Virus record (IMG/VR): IMGVR_UViG_3300020048_000026
Coordinates: 90,854-154,853 of that record
Length of the DNA stretch: 64,000 nt
Source: a virus
Direction: 5' to 3' (one strand)
The notes under the pieces: generated by a model
The model's input: the letters and a program-made list of their open reading frames with translations, nothing else
Database searches by the model: none
Told to the model about the DNA's origin: nothing
Program-made: the position numbers and the translations under genes
Part shown: positions 39,317 to 48,922 of the stretch, piece after piece
Numbering within the stretch: the first letter of the stretch is position 1
Layout of the letters: the number at the start of each line of letters is the position of its first letter

Positions 39317-40947
39317 ATTTTTAATTGTTTTATTGCTTTTTGCATATATTCTGGTATAATATGTGAATTATATTTCAATAAATCGGAGAAGTTTGAATCT
39401 AAAATAAACATATCTGCTTGATCTGTATCAGACCTAACCGCTCGTCCATAAGATTGTAATGTATCAACAACAGTTTTCCAAGTATACCAATCCTTATTTG
39501 ATTTTTGTCTTGATTTTATTTTATTTGATGATATATTTGGATATGGAACTTTTAATAAAATTTGAAATCTTGCTAAATCATCTTTTAAGTCTATTCCACT
39601 CATCATAGATGGACTTACAAGAACTGTTGGGGTTGTACTATGTATATGTTTTTCAAGTATTTCATTTCTATCTTCAGTTTCATGAAAAAGTAATCTATCA
39701 TTTGTGATATTATCTTTTATCCAATCTGTTATTTCATAATTAGTTGTGTGTATAATTCCTTTACTATCTTTATATTTTGCTAGAATTTTTTCTATCCAAG
39801 GTATTTGTTTTTGAAATGTTTCTTCTTTTGTAGCCCAATTCATTTTACCAACTTTCATATAGAATATTTTTCTATTATTTACTGGAAATGGTGTTTCTAT
39901 TTCATAATAAGTCGTAATATCTTCTTCTAATCCATTGATAAAACTAAACATTTTTTTATCTAAAATAGATGCTGACATAAAAATTATATGATCATAGTGT
40001 TTCCAAACATAATCACGAATATATTCATATACCCAAACATGTTGTGTTATTAGTTCAGTACCAGAATACATTTTATCCGCCTTATTAATGAATACATCAA
40101 GAACTATATTTTCAGGATCATTTTTATAAGATTCAAATAAGTGCTTGAATGATAATAATTTACCTTCTATATTTTGTAGAAAATTACTTAATTCTATTTT
40201 CTTTTTTGGTGCAGAATAACCAAGTTCATTTTCAAATTGTGCCTTTTTTTCTTCAAGCATAGGTATCAATTTTCTTTCAAGAAATTCAAGATATTTATTC
40301 ATATATTTGATCTTAGAGATAAATCTATCATCAAGAGTTTCTATTTCTTTTAAATTAAATCCACATTTTTTTAAAGTTTTTGCACTAACTTTAGTAGATA
40401 AGAAATCACTATAAACAGATTCAAAATCATGACTTTCATCAATAATAAGAACATTTGCACCTCTACTATTAAGTGTTGATGTTTGATATAAAGATAATGT
40501 ATTGAATAAATGAAAATTTGTTAGTCCTATATCACCGGCTAACCATTTATTTTTTGCAATATCATAAGGACAAGAATCACAAGGTGATTTAAGAATTTTA
40601 CATAATTCTTTTCCATTACCACAATCAGTATCATATTTATCACAATAATAATTTGAACGACCTTTATAGTTGTTTATAAAATCAAAATCTCTTAAATATT
40701 GTTGTTGTAAAACTTTTGAATTTGTTAAAATATCAAATTTCGCTTTATCATTTACAAAATTTTTGTACCAGTTACAAAACATTGCGACTGATATAAATGA
40801 TTTACCTGTTCCTGTTGGGAGGTTAAGTAAAATATATTTCTTTTTTGTCATTATTGATTTTTTAATAAAATCAAGTGCTTCTATTTGATATTGTTTTGGT
40901 TCATATCTTATAGGAAAATATATTTTTTTGTTATTTATTTCTATCAT
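39313..40947 (-). CDS. DinG/XPD-family SF2 helicase
   Basis: PKQYQ, LPTGTGKS, Cys cluster (C..C...C..CPY), IIDESH, MSAS, GIDL, KVPYP, QSYGRAVR. Confidence 0.9.
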   Translation of the reverse strand: MIEINNKKIYFPIRYEPKQYQIEALDFIKKSIMTKKKYILLNLPTGTGKSFISVAMFCNWYKNFVNDKAKFDILTNSKVLQQQYLRDFDFINNYKGRSNYYCDKYDTDCGNGKELCKILKSPCDSCPYDIAKNKWLAGDIGLTNFHLFNTLSLYQTSTLNSRGANVLIIDESHDFESVYSDFLSTKVSAKTLKKCGFNLKEIETLDDRFISKIKYMNKYLEFLERKLIPMLEEKKAQFENELGYSAPKKKIELSNFLQNIEGKLLSFKHLFESYKNDPENIVLDVFINKADKMYSGTELITQHVWVYEYIRDYVWKHYDHIIFMSASILDKKMFSFINGLEEDITTYYEIETPFPVNNRKIFYMKVGKMNWATKEETFQKQIPWIEKILAKYKDSKGIIHTTNYEITDWIKDNITNDRLLFHETEDRNEILEKHIHSTTPTVLVSPSMMSGIDLKDDLARFQILLKVPYPNISSNKIKSRQKSNKDWYTWKTVVDTLQSYGRAVRSDTDQADMFILDSNFSDLLKYNSHIIPEYMQKAIKQLKI

Positions 40948-41708
40948 TAAAATTTCCTTTCTTTTTCCATTCTTTTTAAGCAATCATAAGGCGTTTCATT
41001 CTTTTTCATTTCATAAGAGCAACCAGTAGTTCCACCTTTCCATGAACCTTTTCTTTCTCCTATATCATCTGAAAATTGTATATCAATAACTCTACGAACA
41101 AATTTTGTCCAAGATAACCATTTGAACCATTTCCATCTCCATTCTCTTTCAACTATATTTATTGTTGCTGTACAATATTGTATCTCTCCTGATTTAGTTG
41201 TATATGTATAAGGGTATGATTCAGTATAAAAAATATTCCATTTATTAGTATCGTAAAAATCTTGTCTTTGACCTTTTCTTTCATGTATCCATTCATTCGT
41301 AGAATGATTAAGATAACTTGTGCGAATCCAATCTAAATCCCAAGGCATATAAAGGAACTTTATTTTATTACCGTAACAGATACATAAGCAATTTTCATGA
41401 TAATAAACACCATATCTAGGTGATTCACAATCATCATATTCCACCTTTTTATATTTCTTTTTATAAGAAATGTTTTTACCAGATAGTTTATTTAATTTTT
41501 CAGTTCTTAGTTCTTTTATATCAGGCTTTATTTCTATTTTTCTGTAATGTTTCCATGGTAAATATAGAAATAATTTACCCCAGATAAAGTATATCATTAA
41601 TATAGGTTTTGGTTCAAAGTAACCTGCTAATTCATAAATTAAATGAAAGCCTGACCAACCAGGTGTAAATTCATACCATGATGTTTTGTATGTTTTATGT
41701 AGTTTCAT
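40947..41708 (-). CDS. Conserved Trp-rich phage protein with internal RKxKL motif
   Basis: IGERKGSWKGG; internal ELRTEKLNKL. Confidence 0.7.
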   Translation of the reverse strand: MKLHKTYKTSWYEFTPGWSGFHLIYELAGYFEPKPILMIYFIWGKLFLYLPWKHYRKIEIKPDIKELRTEKLNKLSGKNISYKKKYKKVEYDDCESPRYGVYYHENCLCICYGNKIKFLYMPWDLDWIRTSYLNHSTNEWIHERKGQRQDFYDTNKWNIFYTESYPYTYTTKSGEIQYCTATINIVEREWRWKWFKWLSWTKFVRRVIDIQFSDDIGERKGSWKGGTTGCSYEMKKNETPYDCLKRMEKERKF

Positions 41709-41776
41709 AAAATTTATATAGAATCAAAATAAATAAGTTTAAATTTTAATATATAGATAAAATAAATGTGATTATT

Positions 41777-42121
41777 ATGAAGCATTTGAAAAAATTTGAA
41801 GGTGTTATGCTACCTTTTAAAAATGAGTATGATATTCAAAAAATTGAAGATGATTTAAGAAAAAAATTTTCAAGTGAAGAGGAATTTGAAGAATGGTGTA
41901 TGGAGGCGGATGGTAAAAGTAGATTTGAAAAAGTTGATTTATCAATTGTAGCATCCTATGATGTACCATTATTATTGGATTTACTTCCAAATGATGATAA
42001 ATTAACAGGAATATTAATTGATTTATTAACAGAAATTAATTTTGATGATTATTATGAGCCCAGAGATGGTGATAGAGAATCTTGGGATGCAAAAAACGCA
42101 GCAAAAAAATATAATTTATAA
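41777..42121 (+). CDS. CTS-like/KYNL-tagged hypothetical protein
   Basis: MKHLKKFEG...NAAKKYNL; late motif at 41747-41755. Confidence 0.75.
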   Translation: MKHLKKFEGVMLPFKNEYDIQKIEDDLRKKFSSEEEFEEWCMEADGKSRFEKVDLSIVASYDVPLLLDLLPNDDKLTGILIDLLTEINFDDYYEPRDGDRESWDAKNAAKKYNL

Positions 42122-42123
42122 TT

Positions 42124-42738
42124 ATGGCAGTAGATACAAGGAATGAAGATTTGGTAAAAAAGTACTTTGATTTGGTACAAGAAGAAATTAAAAAGTTAAT
42201 TTCACAAGATAAAGAGATAAAACCTGATCAAATTGAAACTTTTAATAATGAGATTTTTAATCAATCCGATGAAATTAGGAATCAAATCAAAGTATTTGTA
42301 GATAAGGCTACTATGAATAATTTAGATATAAATAAAGTTGCTAAAATTATCTATGATAAATTTAAATTACAAGTAAAGAACAATGTTTTTAATCAAGATG
42401 ATGTGAATGATGTACCAAATCCAATGTTAGGTGAAAGAAAACATGTTAAAACTTTTGAGAATTTTTTATTTGAATTTCAAGATGATGTGAAATTAAAATG
42501 GTCAAAAGAAGATTTTAGTAAATTGATTACACAATTGAAGAATAAAATAGCAGAAGCAAGAAAATTTTTAGGATATTCTAAAACTAATACTATTTTAGAT
42601 ATAGATAAATTATTAAGTGAATTAAAAGAAATTGAATTAACCGAAGCAGAGGAATTGATTGATGAAATTCTCATATTAATTGATATGATTAAAACTTTTA
42701 CTAGTGAAAGAAGAAGAGAAATAAGTAAATTGAATTAA
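42124..42738 (+). CDS. Hypothetical protein with internal CTS-like motif
   Basis: Internal LGERKHVKTFENFLFE. Confidence 0.7.
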   Translation: MAVDTRNEDLVKKYFDLVQEEIKKLISQDKEIKPDQIETFNNEIFNQSDEIRNQIKVFVDKATMNNLDINKVAKIIYDKFKLQVKNNVFNQDDVNDVPNPMLGERKHVKTFENFLFEFQDDVKLKWSKEDFSKLITQLKNKIAEARKFLGYSKTNTILDIDKLLSELKEIELTEAEELIDEILILIDMIKTFTSERRREISKLN

Positions 42739-43184
42739 TGATTACAAAGTTCAAATTATATGAAAATATTGGTGTTTCATGGATTAGTCCAGATATTAGA
42801 AAAATGTTAAATGAATATGGATTAGATGTAGATTTTCACAATATAGATAATTGTGAACTTACTTATGATAGAAAATTTAGTGGAGCACTTAGTAAGAGAA
42901 CTATTGATATAAATTCAACTGATTTGGAGTTTTTTCTTATTTCTTTGGATAAAGCAATAATACATTTTGAAATACCAAAAGAAAAAATAATAGAACTAAA
43001 AGATAGAATATGTGAATATGTTATTAAATTCATTAATACACCAAGAATGGAACCTGATAATCTACAAAAGATATTTAGTAATATGAGTGATGAGTTACTT
43101 AGAAAATTAGAAAATAACCCAAGATTGAGTAAAAACGCAACAGAAGAATTAGTAAAAAGATCAGCAAATAAATATAATTTATGA
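42738..43184 (+). CDS. CTS-like/KYNL-tagged hypothetical protein
   Basis: MITKFKLYEN...SANKYNL. Confidence 0.75.
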   Translation: MITKFKLYENIGVSWISPDIRKMLNEYGLDVDFHNIDNCELTYDRKFSGALSKRTIDINSTDLEFFLISLDKAIIHFEIPKEKIIELKDRICEYVIKFINTPRMEPDNLQKIFSNMSDELLRKLENNPRLSKNATEELVKRSANKYNL

Positions 43185-43185
43185 T

Positions 43186-43596
43186 ATGAAAATTAGTAGA
43201 TTTTATGAGTCAAATTTACCAAGGTGGATAAACACCACAAATAAATGGTCATTTGAAAAAGTTAAAAAATTTTTTAATGATAGAGATAGAATTGTTGAAG
43301 AGAATAAACAATTAGTGTATCTTTTAGAGTTATATTTTTATTATAATCCTGAAGTATTACCATCAGATGAATTTATTGAAGAAGTTAAAAGAGTAAAAGA
43401 GAAATATGATAAAGTAATGATACCATTTGATATTAAAAAAATTAACTTAATAGATAATTCATTAATTATAGAGATGAATTACCAGGATGAAGATAGAGGA
43501 GAGGAATTAGAATTAAAGGATGATGATTTTAAAGATTTTATAGATTTTACACAAAATCCTGAAATTTATTTTGATGTAAAAAAATACAATTTATGA
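43186..43596 (+). CDS. CTS-like/KYNL-tagged hypothetical protein
   Basis: MKISRFYES...DVKKYNL. Confidence 0.75.
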   Translation: MKISRFYESNLPRWINTTNKWSFEKVKKFFNDRDRIVEENKQLVYLLELYFYYNPEVLPSDEFIEEVKRVKEKYDKVMIPFDIKKINLIDNSLIIEMNYQDEDRGEELELKDDDFKDFIDFTQNPEIYFDVKKYNL

Positions 43597-44291
43597 TAAC
43601 AAATTTTAACAAATACAAATTAAATGAAACTTATGCTTTATCTGGAAAGCATTCATTTTTAACTTTCTTACAGATAATTTCTAATCATGATTTTCATTTC
43701 ATTGTAAATGATCAATTTACAAAACTTTATAATTATCATTTCTTCTTTTCAACAGAAACTATAAAAGATGTAGATGAGTTTGTTGATATTTTTAAGTACA
43801 AACATTCATTAGCTTCAACATATGAAATTTTGTTAAAAATTAGAACAAATAAATTAGCATTCTTTTTTGGTGTAAAAGAGAACTCATTGTTGAGATATGG
43901 ATTTTTAGATTTAGATACACAAAGAAGTTATGTTGTTGGTGAATTTCAAGTTACTGGACAATATTTCAACTCAATTTCAAAATATAAAGCATTACAGTTT
44001 ATAAACAAGGTCATACAAACAGTAAATGTTAAAAATTTATCTACAATGGCTAAGGTTAAGAGAGATTTTGAAAATTTTTATAAAAGTAAAAAAAGTAAAA
44101 AAATTAGAATTGTTGATAATAAGATAATTAACTATTTTGAAAGAAGTGAATTTACAGATGATGATTTCAAATTAAATAGACCTTTTAGAGTTTTAGATCA
44201 ATGGGTAACAAAAAAATCATGGAAAGATAGAGTTGAATATAGTGTTGATGATACAACAGACCCAATTCAATTTATCGTTATAGTAAAATGA
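43593..44291 (+). CDS. Hypothetical protein with CTS-like N-terminus
   Basis: MITNFNKYKLNE. Confidence 0.7.
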   Translation: MITNFNKYKLNETYALSGKHSFLTFLQIISNHDFHFIVNDQFTKLYNYHFFFSTETIKDVDEFVDIFKYKHSLASTYEILLKIRTNKLAFFFGVKENSLLRYGFLDLDTQRSYVVGEFQVTGQYFNSISKYKALQFINKVIQTVNVKNLSTMAKVKRDFENFYKSKKSKKIRIVDNKIINYFERSEFTDDDFKLNRPFRVLDQWVTKKSWKDRVEYSVDDTTDPIQFIVIVK

Positions 44292-44662
44292 GATATTTAA
44301 AATATTTTGAAAAAGTTATTGGATTAGAAAAAGGTGACTATGTATATTGTCAAGTTGATAGTAAGAGTTATTTAGCAGATGAGATAAATAATTTTCTTAT
44401 TAAAAATATTGGTCAATTTTCATATAAAACTGATAATTCATTTCATAAATTGCCAGCAGATTATATAGTTTACTTTAACGATATACCAAAAACTTATTCC
44501 GAATTAAATTTACCGAGAGGATTTAAAATGTCAATAGGTTCAAATTGGAAAACTTTCTATAGAGTAATTAAAGAAGACGATATAAAATTTTATTCAAAAA
44601 ATAAAGAAGAAGTATTAGATTATATGAAGTTTATTGATGATGTAAATAAATATAATTTATGA
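44288..44662 (+). CDS. CTS-like/KYNL-tagged hypothetical protein
   Basis: MRYLKYFEK...DVNKYNL. Confidence 0.75.
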   Translation: MRYLKYFEKVIGLEKGDYVYCQVDSKSYLADEINNFLIKNIGQFSYKTDNSFHKLPADYIVYFNDIPKTYSELNLPRGFKMSIGSNWKTFYRVIKEDDIKFYSKNKEEVLDYMKFIDDVNKYNL

Positions 44663-44970
44663 AATATTTAAAATATTTTGAAAATATAGTAAATGGTTGG
44701 ATTATTAGAACCGATGAACCTTACTTTGAAATAAGTTTAAGAAAAATTGGTATACCTGAGCAAATAATAAAAGATTGGCTTGAAAATAAAAACATACAAA
44801 ACTATAAAAAATTAGTAGTGTATGTAGGAGTTAATGGTAAATATTCACATTTTCCTGTGGATTTACTAAAAGATTTTAGGGAAATTATGAAATATGAGAT
44901 AATTGAACCAAATGAAGATGATTTTGAAGAATGGAGAATTAGAAAAGATGCAAATAAATATAATTTATGA
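44659..44970 (+). CDS. CTS-like/KYNL-tagged hypothetical protein
   Basis: MKYLKYFEN...DANKYNL. Confidence 0.75.
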   Translation: MKYLKYFENIVNGWIIRTDEPYFEISLRKIGIPEQIIKDWLENKNIQNYKKLVVYVGVNGKYSHFPVDLLKDFREIMKYEIIEPNEDDFEEWRIRKDANKYNL

Positions 44971-45590
44971 AATATATTAAATATTTTGAAAATAATTCAA
45001 TAGTTCAACAACCTTTTTATTTAAGGGGTGATATGCTTTATATTTCTGATGAACTTGCTAAATCTATCACTAAATTCAAATTAACAAAAAAAGACAAAAA
45101 TATATCGTGGGCTGAGCATGTTATAAAGAACAATTATGAATTTTATAAAAATGCTGAATTAGGTCATAAAAGTAATGTAAATTATGCTTTAACAGATGAT
45201 CTTTGGATTAGATATGATAATAATTCATTTAGAATGAATATTATTATTTATAAGGGTGTTACTTATGATAATGAGGCTGGTCATTTTAAATATTTCATAG
45301 GTGGAAATTCAGGTGATTATAGTATGCATGGAAAAAATATGAAGAGAGCAACAAGAGATTGCAATCTTAATTTTATGATTCATTTTTATCCAATAGTAGG
45401 TCACATAAAAGATTTTTATAAAAAATTAAAAAATGAAAGAAATTCAAACTTACAAAAACAACCATTCTTTGATATAATTAAGGAAGCAATAAAAAAAGAC
45501 AACTCTATTGTACAATACGGTGTACCAGATGAATTAATAAATGATAATGATGTGGGACACTTTATTGGAGGTTATAAATATAATTTATAA
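44967..45590 (+). CDS. CTS-like/KYNL-tagged hypothetical protein
   Basis: MKYIKYFEN...GGYKYNL. Confidence 0.75.
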   Translation: MKYIKYFENNSIVQQPFYLRGDMLYISDELAKSITKFKLTKKDKNISWAEHVIKNNYEFYKNAELGHKSNVNYALTDDLWIRYDNNSFRMNIIIYKGVTYDNEAGHFKYFIGGNSGDYSMHGKNMKRATRDCNLNFMIHFYPIVGHIKDFYKKLKNERNSNLQKQPFFDIIKEAIKKDNSIVQYGVPDELINDNDVGHFIGGYKYNL

Positions 45591-45678
45591 TAATATATAT
45601 CATAATCTTGCATGTTTTTTTCTTTTCTTTTGAGGAGTAAATTTTTTATATATAAATGAAAAATTATATTATAACAAC

Positions 45679-48600
45679 ATGCAAAATCAAAAGAGTACAT
45701 TCGTATCTTTATCAGAGCAATTAGCACTTTTAGAGAAAAATTCTATTGAGATTATGACTAAGTTAAATGATGTCGTAACAAATAGAAATTCGGTAGTTAG
45801 TGTAAATTTGATGAATAGTGATGGTACTACATCATCATATCAATTTCCAACAGTAGGTCAATTAAAAAATGAGATAGATATTGCTAATAGAAATATTAGA
45901 AAATTGGCAGGACTTGCTGATAGTACCGCATATGTTTCTGATGGTACAACTATGCGTAAAGTTTATGTTGATGATTTGAATCGTGAACCAGAGCCAATTG
46001 ATAGTTTGAATAAGATAAGCAGATTTATGTCAATTAATAATTCATTTTTTGAATCTCTTTCAAATCCTTTATTGGCTGTTCATATTGATTTAACCGATAA
46101 GATAGATAGAAAGGTTAATAAAATCTTATCTCGTAGATATATTATTAAATTTCAGAAAGATGATAATGGCAACTATACTACTGATGGTCAAACATCAAAG
46201 AAGGATTTTGAAACTAAATTTTTGAATCAGAACAATATTTTTGTTGATGATTTAACAACTTGGTATAATAATCCAAAAAATTATGGTTTATTTAGATCAA
46301 ATGAGCCTTATGATGATCAAGTTTTTGATTTGGATTATGATGAATTACAATTTTATGGTATATTTGATGTTATTGGTGTTGATAATGATACAGTTAATAA
46401 AAAATTATGGTATGTATTAAATTCAATGACATATTATGATTATTCAGGAAATACACTATCATTAAAACAAAATGATGAGTTGATTATCAATAAAAAGGAT
46501 TCATCTACAAAATGGAAAATTAAAGAGACAAGTACCGCAAAAAGTAATTATAGAGTTGTATTAGAAAGAATTGAAGGATTAGATCCTGTTCCAGTAATTT
46601 CTCAAGCATTAAAAATTTATAGTCCTGAATTAAGTAATAAATCAATTAAGGTTTCTATTGGATATGATGAATATAATGTTATTTTTATTAAACCTATTAA
46701 TACAGATGCAAATATTGTATCATCAACTTGGTCTTATGGAACTTGTTTTTATAGTAACGATTTAGTTTTAGATACAAATGATACTGTATCAATTACCAAA
46801 TATTATAGCGAAACTGTTTTTGATTATGGTTCAATATTAAAGGATATGATTGTTAAAAATATTCCAAGTAAATATGGAAAAACACCAAATAAACCAATTT
46901 TAGATGAAACTAATTTTAAGGTCTTACAAATAAACAAACATTTAACTGAAACTGCAAATTCAAATAAGATCAAAGAATTACATGCTCAAAAAACTTCTGT
47001 AAAATCACAATTAGAACAATTAGGTGATGCAATAACTGAAAAAACTAAAGAAGTTAGCACAAAACAATTCAAGTCTGGTTCTGAAAAACAAGCATCACAA
47101 AATCAATTAAATACATTAATTGCACAACAGAATTCACAGACAAAATTATATACTTCTATTGTAAATAGAATAAGTTCCGAAAATAATGGAACAACTTCGG
47201 TTGAATCACCTAAATTTAGAGTTCGTGGGTTTTGGAGTTTTCCTGAGCCAGTTATGACAGGTTATGAAGGTTATCAACAGAAACAAGAAGTTGTACAATT
47301 TAAAATTCAATATAGATATAGTTCTAAAGGTGGTTCAGAGCCAACCACAGAAGGTTTCAAGGTTAATATGACACAAACCTTCTATAAAACTGCAACATCT
47401 ACTGGTGATATCTCAGATCAAACAAAGGCGTATCTCAATCCAAGTGTATCAACACAAGTTGCAACTGTAAATGCATATTATTCTAATTGGAATCAATATT
47501 TAAGTGACGCCAGAAAAAGAACATATAATAAAGCATTAGATGTTTGGACATGGGAAATTGAAGATGTTTCTGATGCTAATACACCAAATATAAATCAATT
47601 GGATATTCCAATACAACAGAATGAAAAAGTAGAAATTAGAATAAAATCAATTTCTGAGGTAGGCTGGCCCAATGCTCCATTAGAATCAGATTGGAGTGAT
47701 GTTTTAATTATGGATTTTCCTGATGATTTATCACAAGTTGGCGGAGAAAATTCTTTAATTTTAAGAGAAGCACAAAATGAAGAAATTTATGCACAATTAG
47801 AAAGCAAATTTAATTCAAAGGGATTAACAACTCACTTACAACAATCATACTATATAAATGATTTATATGTAGCACATACTGATGTTAATCTTGGTACTTC
47901 CTTTAAGGATAGTTCAGGTAATATAATAATGTTAAATGCATATTTGAAATCTTTAAGTGATAGAATTTCATCATTAGAAGAACTATTACTTCGTGCTAAA
48001 GGTGAACTTGTTGTTAAATTAATTAAAGGCGCACAGCAAGTTACAATTGCGAATGGTGCCGCAGTTAATGTTAGTCTTCGTTGTGAGGATTACGCAGAAC
48101 AATCAGGTACTACAAGAACATACTATAATAAAGTCTATTCTACAGATGATTATGTATTACAATTTGAAAATGTTGCGGCTGGTAGTCAATTAGGGTTATT
48201 TTCATATAGACCTTATGTACCAACAGTACCAGGTGATAATAGATTTTATAATCCAACTTATGCAAAAGGTTCTTTAGCAACTTATGTAAATTCAGAGGGT
48301 AATTTAAATGTTCAGAGTGACAATCAATTTATTTGGTTTTCTGATACATCTGGTATTCAACAAATTTATTTTACAGGTAACACATCTTTATCATATGGTC
48401 AATCTTTATATTCAAAGAGTTGGAATATTGGATTAACAGGTGATACTTTTAGTACTAATGGAAGTTATGCAACGCCTATTAATATTTTAACTGATGTAGT
48501 TTGGACTGGTGTTACTTATCCAACATCTCCAGACCCAGCAGCAGCAAATTATCAAGATCCTAATACCGCGTTTCCTATTACTATTCACCCATATATTGAT

Positions 48601-48909
48601 AGTATTGAAAATTATGTATATGCAGAAAAAGATGGTGTTAAATTAATAGGTGCTGGTACACAATTTTCAGTACCTATTAAAATTTTCTTTATGTTGGCTA
48701 ATAGTTCAGCTGAGTATATTACATTTGCTTCAAATTTATCTACATCTCCTTATGTTATTAAGAAAATTAGAGTCTTTATGGAGCCAGAAAATTTAAATAG
48801 AACATTTGAATTTGAAGTTATATTCAAAATTTATAGAAATAGAACATATACCGTTAGAACAAATAATAATACTACTGTTTCTGCTGGAACACAACAATCA
48901 CAAACTTAA
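45679..48909 (+). CDS. Large probable virion structural protein (tail/baseplate)
   Basis: 1076 aa, late motif at 45646-45654, central coiled coil, FN3-like segment, S/T-rich C-terminus. Confidence 0.65.
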   Translation: MQNQKSTFVSLSEQLALLEKNSIEIMTKLNDVVTNRNSVVSVNLMNSDGTTSSYQFPTVGQLKNEIDIANRNIRKLAGLADSTAYVSDGTTMRKVYVDDLNREPEPIDSLNKISRFMSINNSFFESLSNPLLAVHIDLTDKIDRKVNKILSRRYIIKFQKDDNGNYTTDGQTSKKDFETKFLNQNNIFVDDLTTWYNNPKNYGLFRSNEPYDDQVFDLDYDELQFYGIFDVIGVDNDTVNKKLWYVLNSMTYYDYSGNTLSLKQNDELIINKKDSSTKWKIKETSTAKSNYRVVLERIEGLDPVPVISQALKIYSPELSNKSIKVSIGYDEYNVIFIKPINTDANIVSSTWSYGTCFYSNDLVLDTNDTVSITKYYSETVFDYGSILKDMIVKNIPSKYGKTPNKPILDETNFKVLQINKHLTETANSNKIKELHAQKTSVKSQLEQLGDAITEKTKEVSTKQFKSGSEKQASQNQLNTLIAQQNSQTKLYTSIVNRISSENNGTTSVESPKFRVRGFWSFPEPVMTGYEGYQQKQEVVQFKIQYRYSSKGGSEPTTEGFKVNMTQTFYKTATSTGDISDQTKAYLNPSVSTQVATVNAYYSNWNQYLSDARKRTYNKALDVWTWEIEDVSDANTPNINQLDIPIQQNEKVEIRIKSISEVGWPNAPLESDWSDVLIMDFPDDLSQVGGENSLILREAQNEEIYAQLESKFNSKGLTTHLQQSYYINDLYVAHTDVNLGTSFKDSSGNIIMLNAYLKSLSDRISSLEELLLRAKGELVVKLIKGAQQVTIANGAAVNVSLRCEDYAEQSGTTRTYYNKVYSTDDYVLQFENVAAGSQLGLFSYRPYVPTVPGDNRFYNPTYAKGSLATYVNSEGNLNVQSDNQFIWFSDTSGIQQIYFTGNTSLSYGQSLYSKSWNIGLTGDTFSTNGSYATPINILTDVVWTGVTYPTSPDPAAANYQDPNTAFPITIHPYIDSIENYVYAEKDGVKLIGAGTQFSVPIKIFFMLANSSAEYITFASNLSTSPYVIKKIRVFMEPENLNRTFEFEVIFKIYRNRTYTVRTNNNTTVSAGTQQSQT

Positions 48910-48922
48910 AATAATATAATTA

